Source: Xanthomonas campestris pv. campestris str. ATCC 33913
GTDB lineage: Bacteria; Pseudomonadota; Gammaproteobacteria; Xanthomonadales; Xanthomonadaceae
DNA: 32,000 nucleotides
Direction of reading: 5' to 3'
Assembly (NCBI RefSeq): GCF_000007145.1
Contig: NC_003902.1
Location: 400,325 to 432,324, forward strand
The position numbers and the translations under genes were made by a program. The notes below the pieces were generated by a model. The model was not told the DNA's origin and did no database searches. It saw only the letters and a list, made by a program, of their open reading frames with translations. Below are positions 7,563 through 12,911 of the stretch, piece after piece; position 1 is the first letter of the stretch, and each line of letters begins with the position of its first letter.

Positions 7563-8030
7563 GCTAGGCCCGTTATCTACAAGCTTGACCGCCGCTAGCA
7601 CAGATTGGCCATGCCTCGCGATGACGATGACCGCAGCGAGGCTGAAAAGCGAAAAGACTAGTGCAACCCAAAGCGACATGTGCCACAGAAGTGCGCTGAA
7701 GCTAACGAAGAGTGTAATCAGCCCAGCGATAGCTAGCCCGGTAGCTACCCCAATGCTTCCCACTTTCCGAAAGTGAGCATAGGAGTCTGGCCCATACAGC
7801 AAGTATGGCTGTACGTACTGCCAGACAACTATCCAGATCGGGATGCCCAGAGCAGCTGCAGCAAACGAGACATGCAGTGCAACGGAGGTCAGCTTGACCT
7901 GAAGAAGAACCAGGACAATCGCGGCGGAGAAGCTGCCACCGCCAATGGCCGCACTCCGCATCTGACCTAAGTAGCTTTCTGAAATGCGGCGCGTGACAGG
8001 CGCTAGCGTCGTTTCGAAGTTCGTACTCAC
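7557..8030 (-). CDS. multi-pass membrane protein (157 aa)
   Basis: GTG start at 8030 with AGGAGG about 10 nt upstream. Four hydrophobic segments. The TAA stop lies in the attC core. Confidence 0.6.
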   Translation of the reverse strand: MSTNFETTLAPVTRRISESYLGQMRSAAIGGGSFSAAIVLVLLQVKLTSVALHVSFAAAALGIPIWIVVWQYVQPYLLYGPDSYAHFRKVGSIGVATGLAIAGLITLFVSFSALLWHMSLWVALVFSLFSLAAVIVIARHGQSVLAAVKLVDNGPSA

Positions 8031-8049
8031 CGCACACTTTCCTCCTAGC

Positions 8050-8109
8050 GCCTAACGCTTGAATTAAGCCGAGTTGCGAAGCAACTTCGGCTTGAATGAG
8101 TTGTTAGGC
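8050..8109 (-). repeat. attC site 13 (repeat cassette D)
   Basis: GCCTAAC...GTTAGGC, GAGTTGC-GAA-GCAACTT stem. Confidence 0.88.
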
Positions 8110-8390
8110 AGTGAGTGGCCGCGAAGTTGGGATGGTGCAACCATGCTCCCCAGGACTGCCGCCTGGGAAGAGTGTGCCACAGCTTGCGGGATGGAGCTTT
8201 CCCAGCGATGCAGCGGCGCGTGATGCCACCGAAGCCAAGTGCACCGAGCGCAGCGCGGGAACGACGTGCCAAGGCGAAGCACCGAACTTACCGCAACCAG
8301 CAACCGTGATGACTGCTGTCCGGAGCCAACCGCATGCATGGCCTGCGAACTCACCGAAGCGGTAACCACCAACGCATTTGCTCCACCACG
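8110..8390. repeat. ORF-less cassette family, copy D (281 bp)
   Basis: Full-length alignment with the other copies, with one extra base in the variable patch after CCGCATGCATG. Confidence 0.9.
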
Positions 8391-8450
8391 GCCTAACGAC
8401 GAAATTAAGCCGAACCGGGTAGCGGTTTCGGCTTGAATGAATTGTTAGGC
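8391..8450 (-). repeat. attC site 14
   Basis: GCCTAAC...GTTAGGC, central stem GAACCGG-GTA-GCGGTTT. Confidence 0.85.
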
Positions 8451-8891
8451 CCCAAGCCGACGCAGCCTGCCCCACGACTGTCGGAGCCCCACAAGGTGCA
8501 CCAGACCAATGGCGAGACAGATCGCCGAGCTCACGACCCAGAACGTGAGGCTGTTGCCAGGGAAGTAGGTCATGACCGGGACGAACGCCACACCGCGAAG
8601 GATATAAACACCTGTGACCGCTGTAAGGACTGTTCGACGTAGCGGAAACGGCCGGAATACGCCCGCGGCCGAGAGTGCGTACGCACCCCAGGTGGCCAAG
8701 ACGGTGGCGATCGCGAGCGTGACCACTGTGGGGTACCAGCCGCCTTCAGCGTGAAGTTGCGCCATCTGCTCTCCGGCGCCCAAGAGGCGGAAGAGCGGCG
8801 CGCCCACTACCAAGCACGCAAGATGTGTCAGTGCTGCAACGCCACTCAGTGCGCCGCCGACGATGAGGAGCTTGTTAGTTGGGCCTTCCAC
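8445..8891 (-). CDS. multi-pass membrane protein (148 aa)
   Basis: GTG start at 8891 with GGGAG 5 nt upstream. Four hydrophobic segments. The TAA stop lies in the attC core. Confidence 0.6.
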   Translation of the reverse strand: MEGPTNKLLIVGGALSGVAALTHLACLVVGAPLFRLLGAGEQMAQLHAEGGWYPTVVTLAIATVLATWGAYALSAAGVFRPFPLRRTVLTAVTGVYILRGVAFVPVMTYFPGNSLTFWVVSSAICLAIGLVHLVGLRQSWGRLRRLGA

Positions 8892-8906
8892 GCGATCTCC
8901 CTTGCG

Positions 8907-8966
8907 GCCTAACGTCTGAATTAAGCCGCGCCGCGAAGCGGCGTCGGCTTGAATGAACTGTTAGGC
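8907..8966 (-). repeat. attC site 15
   Basis: GCCTAAC...GTTAGGC, central stem GCGCCGC-GAA-GCGGCGT. Confidence 0.88.
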
Positions 8967-9044
8967 AGATGCGCTCGCAACCCCGACGCCTCTGCCGAAG
9001 AGCTAGCATGCCACAGCTGAGCGGACTTGGAGCTTGCCCTCAGC

Positions 9045-9073
9045 TTGACCCAAGCCATTGGCGGCGCTAGATT
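9045..9073 (+). promoter_or_regulatory. sigma70-like promoter inside the SymE-like cassette
   Basis: TTGACC (9045..9050), 17-nt spacer, TAGATT (9068..9073). Confidence 0.5.
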
Positions 9074-9079
9074 TGCTGC

Positions 9080-9137
9080 AGGTGCTGAACACACCTTCGT
9101 AGGCGGAAGCCACTCCCGTTAGCCAAGTGGCTTTTTT
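9080..9137 (+). ncRNA. putative ~58-nt sRNA or terminated leader
   Basis: Lies between the promoter at 9045..9073 and the intrinsic terminator at 9108..9137. No ORF. Ends are predicted only. Confidence 0.4.
9108..9137 (+). terminator. rho-independent terminator
   Basis: 7-bp stem AGCCACT/AGTGGCT with an 11-nt loop, followed by TTTTTT. Confidence 0.65.
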
Positions 9138-9157
9138 GTGCCCCGCCTTTTTCTATG

Positions 9158-9235
9158 GCCGGGTGGCGCGCAGCTATGCAATACCCGAAAGGGGAAAACT
9201 GCGGGCGGCCCTACGACCGTGTTCAAGCACCCGGC
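9158..9235 (+). promoter_or_regulatory. structured 5' leader of the SymE-like gene
   Basis: Nested helices: GCCGGGTG (9158..9165) pairs with CACCCGGC (9228..9235), GCGCAG pairs with CTGCG, and CCC-GAAA-GGG caps the structure. Confidence 0.35.
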
Positions 9236-9283
9236 CGCCTCTCTGAACAGGAGGCGAAATAGAACGAATCGTAGGAGTACACC

Positions 9284-9505
9284 GTGACTGCCAAGAAGAC
9301 CCCGTCACCGAAGCCTCGCTATCTTACGATTGGCTACCAGGTTTACGAAAGCCGACACAAAGATCGGGAATGCCGCTACCGACCACGACAAGTGCCGTTC
9401 CTAAGGTTGAGTGGCGATTGGCTATCCGCAGCTGGCTTCGCGGTTGGTCAGAAAGCGCGAATACAAGTGACCGACCAAGGCATTGTGATCTTGCCTGAAG
9501 GCTGA
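9284..9505 (+). CDS. SymE-like (AbrB/SpoVT-fold) type I toxin family protein, inverted relative to the array
   Basis: GTG start with GTAGGAG upstream. LTIGY...LRLSGDWLSAAGFAVGQKARIQVTDQGIVILPEG parallels the E. coli SymE core VTVGY...[30 protein letters not shown] as I recall it. Confidence 0.65.
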   Translation: MTAKKTPSPKPRYLTIGYQVYESRHKDRECRYRPRQVPFLRLSGDWLSAAGFAVGQKARIQVTDQGIVILPEG

Positions 9506-9514
9506 GCTAGATAA

Positions 9515-9557
9515 GCTGCGGGCAAAGACTGTACATGCCCGCGGCATTTTGCTTTTT
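9515..9557 (+). terminator. rho-independent terminator of the SymE-like gene
   Basis: 10-bp stem GCTGCGGGCA/TGCCCGCGGC followed by ATTTTGCTTTTT. Confidence 0.7.
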
Positions 9558-9560
9558 GAT

Positions 9561-9620
9561 GCCTAACGCCTGAACTAAGCCGCGCCGTGAAGCGGCGTCG
9601 GCTTGAATGAATTGTTACGC
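9561..9620 (-). repeat. attC site 16
   Basis: GCCTAAC...GTTACGC, central stem GCGCCGT-GAA-GCGGCGT. Confidence 0.85.
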
Positions 9621-9624
9621 CATT

Positions 9625-10458
9625 CTACGAGAGCAAGTCAGCAGCCTCGTAGCCGGCCTTGGTGATCTGGAACATCTCGCGCTTGTGGTTCAAGGCGTTG
9701 ATGTAACCCGCATTCTCGAGCTCGTCGAGCGCGGATGTCCAGATAGCGCGCGAGCGGTCACTGCCTTCTTCAATTACGTTCTTCCCATTGACCTGAATAG
9801 CGCGACCGCCGATGTATGAAAGGTTCATGATGTGACCACTCAAATCTGATGCGCATTCTTTAAGCAGATATGAAGCCTCTTTTGATAGGCGCACTAAGTT
9901 GGTGGCAGGTTCAATGTCCGCAGTGAAGTTCCCGGCATCGCTCTGGAAGTGCGCATCATTGTTTAGCTTGAGCTGGAGCTGCCGGTAAAGCTTTGTCCGA
10001 AATTCTTGGAGGTCTGCATATGACTCGTACAGGCCGCGGGTTTGGCAAGACCGCTTGAACTCTTGGAGGCTTGCGTACTGCTCTGGCTCGATGCTCTCTG
10101 GAACAACTGGGGCTGATGAAAAGTAGAGCATTGTTGGCCTGCCGGCTTTGATGTGCTCCTCAATCTCTTCCACGCTCCCGCTAGCGTAGTCGCCGGTTGG
10201 AGTGCCGATTCGCGTCCAGAAAACTCCTATAAGCAAGTCGCAGTTATTAAGAACCTGCTTGTTGATTATCGCTTGAGGCCTGTCACCCATTTCAGGAACG
10301 GCGTGCGTCTCCCAACCAGCAGGCAGGAGCACGCGATGAGACCTTCTTGAATTGACAATATTCCATTCGGCTAGAAGCTCTCTGACGATGGCTCGTTCGG
10401 TTGAGACGTCGCCTGGAGAAGCAATCATCACTTCATAAACTGTCGCTGCATGACTCAT
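9625..10458 (-). CDS. TIR-like/DUF4062-like (nucleoside 2-deoxyribosyltransferase-like) N-terminal domain protein with a winged-helix-like C-terminus (277 aa)
   Basis: ATG at 10458 with GGAG upstream. N-terminal pattern VMIASPGDVSTER...CDLLIGVFWTRIGTPTG...SGSVEEIEEHIKAGRPTMLYFS. C-terminal segment AIWTSALDELENAGYI...FQITKAGYEAADLL. The CDS itself is secure; the domain call comes from motif memory and is less secure. Confidence 0.6.
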   Translation of the reverse strand: MSHAATVYEVMIASPGDVSTERAIVRELLAEWNIVNSRRSHRVLLPAGWETHAVPEMGDRPQAIINKQVLNNCDLLIGVFWTRIGTPTGDYASGSVEEIEEHIKAGRPTMLYFSSAPVVPESIEPEQYASLQEFKRSCQTRGLYESYADLQEFRTKLYRQLQLKLNNDAHFQSDAGNFTADIEPATNLVRLSKEASYLLKECASDLSGHIMNLSYIGGRAIQVNGKNVIEEGSDRSRAIWTSALDELENAGYINALNHKREMFQITKAGYEAADLLS

Positions 10459-10478
10459 TGGAACTCCGAAAGATCATG

Positions 10479-10538
10479 GCCTAACGCTTGAATTAAGCCG
10501 AGTTGCGAAGCAACTTCGGCTTGAATGAGTTGTTAGGC
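10479..10538 (-). repeat. attC site 17 (repeat cassette E)
   Basis: GCCTAAC...GTTAGGC, GAGTTGC-GAA-GCAACTT stem. Confidence 0.88.
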
Positions 10539-10818
10539 AGTGAGTGGCCGCAAAGGTTGGATGGTGCAACCATGCTCCCAGCACTGCCGCCTGGATCAAG
10601 TTTGCCACAGCTTGCGAGATGGAGCTTGCCCAGCGATGCAGCGGCGCGTGATGCCACCGAAGCCAACTGTACCGAGCGCAGCGCGGGAACGACGTGCCAA
10701 GGCGAAGCACCGAACTTACCGCAACCAGCAACCGTGATGACTGCTGTCCGGAGCCAACCGCATGCATGGCCTGCGAACTCACCGAAGCGGCGACCACCAA
10801 CGCATTTGCTCCATCACG
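10539..10818. repeat. ORF-less 280-bp cassette family, copy E
   Basis: Full-length alignment with the other copies, with one deletion (CTCCC-AGC) and one insertion (CATGG). Confidence 0.9.
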
Positions 10819-10878
10819 GCCTAACGCCTGAATTAAGCCGACCCGCGAAGCGGGTTCGGCTTGAATGAATTGTTAGCG
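10819..10878 (-). repeat. attC site 18
   Basis: GCCTAAC...GTTAGCG, central stem GACCCGC-GAA-GCGGGTT. Confidence 0.85.
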
Positions 10879-11327
10879 CCCGCGCCGGGCAAGTACACAG
10901 GCGTACCGAGCGCGGCAGCGTAATGTGACTGAGATGAGAACGGCCAGTACGCCATGTCGCCGGCGGACCGTAGGCGACGGAAGTAGATGCGTCCTGCTAA
11001 TCCAAGTGTCAGCAAGTTGCCAATAGTGAGAAGCGCAGACTGGCCGCGGGAGAGAACCGGCCAAAGGTAGGCAAGGCCTGACTTGAGAAAGAGGACGCAG
11101 CGAACTGCTGCGTCCCTTTGAGCTTGCGACAGCCTGTCGGCACCGACCAGGCGGTGCTCTCGAAGATCACAGTAGAGCAGCCATAGGAATTGGTTGTAGA
11201 TCTCTCGGATCGCCGGATCCGCCGACTTTGGCACCCCATCGTCGAACTGGAAATTTGTGATACGAGCGCCAATGAGCCAGCGCGTTGACTCAGCCAAAGT
11301 TGCTCGAGCTTGCTGATCAATTGCCAT
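10833..11327 (-). CDS. hypothetical cassette protein (164 aa)
   Basis: ATG at 11327. The ORF reads into its attC and stops at the TAA of AATTAAGCC. No family recognised. Confidence 0.55.
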   Translation of the reverse strand: MAIDQQARATLAESTRWLIGARITNFQFDDGVPKSADPAIREIYNQFLWLLYCDLREHRLVGADRLSQAQRDAAVRCVLFLKSGLAYLWPVLSRGQSALLTIGNLLTLGLAGRIYFRRLRSAGDMAYWPFSSQSHYAAALGTPVYLPGAGANNSFKPNPLRGSA

Positions 11328-11331
11328 AGGG

Positions 11332-11391
11332 CGCTAACGCCTGAATTAAGCTGAGTTGCGAAGCAACTTCGGCTTGAATGAATTGTTATAC
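11332..11391 (-). repeat. attC site 19
   Basis: CGCTAAC...GTTATAC, GAGTTGC-GAA-GCAACTT stem. The non-consensus ends match those of the neighbouring cassettes. Confidence 0.85.
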
Positions 11392-11673
11392 GCCGCGTAG
11401 CATCTGAGTGATTGCCTGTGACGCAACGGCAATAGCTGCTAAGACGGCACCTGCTGAGTTCCATCTGACCTGCGCCTCCATAGTCTCTTTCAACTCAGCA
11501 CCGAAGAGTTCAAGGCCACCAAGGTTTGGCTTTTCGCCAGTCTTCTCGGCACGTTTTCGGCGCTTTTCCAGTGCGGCCTCCCGGGTCACTTTCACGTTGC
11601 TAGCATAGAGCCAAGCTCCAGCAGACATGAAGCCTGCAATTACGGAGAGCCACGTGAGTATCGTCACCAGCAT
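11386..11673 (-). CDS. small two-helix membrane protein (95 aa)
   Basis: ATG at 11673. Hydrophobic N- and C-terminal helices flank a charged middle (EKRRKRAEKTGEK). The TAA stop lies in the attC core. Confidence 0.5.
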   Translation of the reverse strand: MLVTILTWLSVIAGFMSAGAWLYASNVKVTREAALEKRRKRAEKTGEKPNLGGLELFGAELKETMEAQVRWNSAGAVLAAIAVASQAITQMLRGV

Positions 11674-11682
11674 GATTGCACC

Positions 11683-11742
11683 GTATAACGCCAGAATTAA
11701 GCCGAGTTGCGAAGCAACTTCGGCTTGAATGAGTTGTTAGGC
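11683..11742 (-). repeat. attC site 20 (repeat cassette F)
   Basis: GTATAAC...GTTAGGC, GAGTTGC-GAA-GCAACTT stem. Confidence 0.85.
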
Positions 11743-12023
11743 AGTGAGTGGCCGCGAAGGTTGGATGGTGCAACCCTGCTCCCCAGCACTGCCGCCTTGA
11801 CCGAGTGTGCCACAGCTTGCGGGATGGAGCTTGCCTCAGCGATGCAGCGGCGCGTGATGCCGCCGAAGCCAATTGCAACGAGCGCAGCGCGGGAACGACG
11901 TGCCAAGGCGAAGCACCGAACTTACCGCAACCCGCAACGGTGATGACTGCTGTCCGGAGCCAACCGCATGTACGCCTGCGAACTCACCGAAGCAGCAACC
12001 ACCAACGCATTTGCTCCACCACG
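11743..12023. repeat. ORF-less cassette family, copy F (281 bp)
   Basis: Full-length alignment with the other copies, with one inserted base (GCCTCAGCG versus GCCCAGCG). Confidence 0.9.
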
Positions 12024-12083
12024 GCCTAACGCCTGAGTTAAGCCGAGTTGCGAAGCAACTTCGGCTTGAATGAGTTGTTAGGC
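12024..12083 (-). repeat. attC site 21 (repeat cassette G)
   Basis: GCCTAAC...GTTAGGC, GAGTTGC-GAA-GCAACTT stem. Confidence 0.88.
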
Positions 12084-12363
12084 AGAGAGTGGCCGCGAAG
12101 GTTGGATGGTGCAACCATGCTCCCCAGCACTGCCGCCGGGAACGAGTGTGCCACAGCTTGCGGGATGGAGCTTGCTCAGCGATGCAGCGGCGCGTGATGC
12201 CACCGAAGCCAACTGCAACGAGCGCAGCGCGGGAACGACGTGCCAAGGCGAAGTACCGAACTTACCGCAACCAGCAACGGTGATGACCTCTGTCCGGAGC
12301 CAACCGCATGCACGCCCGCGAACTCATCGAAGCGGCGACCACCAACGCATTTGCTCCACCACG
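12084..12363. repeat. ORF-less 280-bp cassette family, copy G
   Basis: Full-length alignment with the other copies. Directly adjacent to copy F (tandem cassettes). Confidence 0.9.
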
Positions 12364-12423
12364 GCCTAACGCCTGAATTAAGCCGAGTTGCGAAGCAACT
12401 TCGGCTTGAATGATTTGTTAGAC
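12364..12423 (-). repeat. attC site 22 (first cassette)
   Basis: GCCTAAC...GTTAGAC. One base different from attC 4712..4771. Confidence 0.88.
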
Positions 12424-12433
12424 GGCTGATCCA

Positions 12434-12682
12434 TTAATGGACGCCGCTGGGCGGACCAATGAGGGAGTCAATTCCCTCATCCCGAATAGTGCGCAACGCC
12501 TCGTCGAGTGCGGCCTGGTCCGTTGCGAATAGGTCATCCCAGACGGTGGAGTTGTTGAACTCATCAACAGCCTCAAGGGTCCAGTCGGTGTCGAGCCCGC
12601 GATAGATCTCTAGGCGAACAGTGCGGCCATCGGTCGTGACGGAGCGGCATAGGGGCGAGGTAACAAGCTGATAGTTGTCCAT
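12434..12682 (-). CDS. hypothetical 82-aa cassette protein (copy 2 of 2, attI-proximal)
   Basis: The protein is identical to the ORF at 4782..5030. It occupies the first cassette position next to attI. Confidence 0.6.
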   Translation of the reverse strand: MDNYQLVTSPLCRSVTTDGRTVRLEIYRGLDTDWTLEAVDEFNNSTVWDDLFATDQAALDEALRTIRDEGIDSLIGPPSGVH

Positions 12683-12716
12683 GAAAAGTCTCAGTTGCGA
12701 TTGTCTCTGTTCGTCT

Positions 12717-12745
12717 GCCTAACTAATATTGGACCGCCTAAAAGC
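12717..12745 (-). other. attI region with crossover core GCCTAA|C
   Basis: This is the last GCCTAAC of the array (12717..12723) and has no attC partner arm. A second GCCTAA lies 19 bp away (12736..12741). It sits directly upstream of intI. Confidence 0.6.
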
Positions 12746-12816
12746 GGTGTTGCGCCAAGTATCGACGAAGGCCGGATGGCTGGGAAGGGGGAATTCCTAT
12801 TTCGTAATAGTGACTT

Positions 12817-12867
12817 GTCGGATAGCAGCCGACAATCTTGACGTCAATGCTGGTTGCGTTATCCGAC
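12817..12867. promoter_or_regulatory. dyad-symmetric element, possible back-to-back intI and cassette promoters
   Basis: The palindrome TTGACGTCAA (12838..12847) gives a TTGACG -35 hexamer on both strands. Each is followed after 16-17 nt by TATCCG, from the inverted repeat GTCGGATA (12817..12824) / TATCCGAC (12860..12867). The -10 hexamers are weak. Confidence 0.3.
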
Positions 12868-12911
12868 GTTTGAGCCGGCGTATGAGTTACACCCGTGACG
12901 ATGCAGGCGTA

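Noticed and set aside
8064-8372. ORFs inside the seven-copy cassette, on both strands. Examples: 3568..3987, 4386..4661, 7165..7416, 8064..8372 and 10474..10800 on the minus strand; 7228..7422, 8115..8309 and 12089..12283 on the plus strand.
   Set aside because: Nearly every frame is open, which is a GC-composition effect. The frames are broken by indels or stops in different copies. The minus-strand ORFs only terminate inside the attC. The best plus-strand frame shows 7 nonsynonymous versus 2 synonymous changes between copies C and G.
9008-9064. An 18-codon plus-strand ORF (MPQLSGLGACPQLDPSHWRR) upstream of the sRNA promoter in the SymE-like cassette, considered as a possible antitoxin peptide.
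   Set aside because: It has no ribosome-binding site, it overlaps the predicted promoter, and it is too short to evaluate.
1763-12423. Regularly recurring ~60-bp repeats that could be mistaken for a CRISPR array.
   Set aside because: The repeats are imperfect palindromes with GCCTAAC/GTTAGGC ends (attC). The intervening units are 280-1240 bp and contain ORFs. An integron integrase, not cas genes, is adjacent.
12729-12911. The TTG-initiated 388-aa version of intI from the ORF track.
   Set aside because: The extension has no similarity to integrase N-termini. It overlaps the attI and promoter region. The homologous region begins right after the ATG at 12912.
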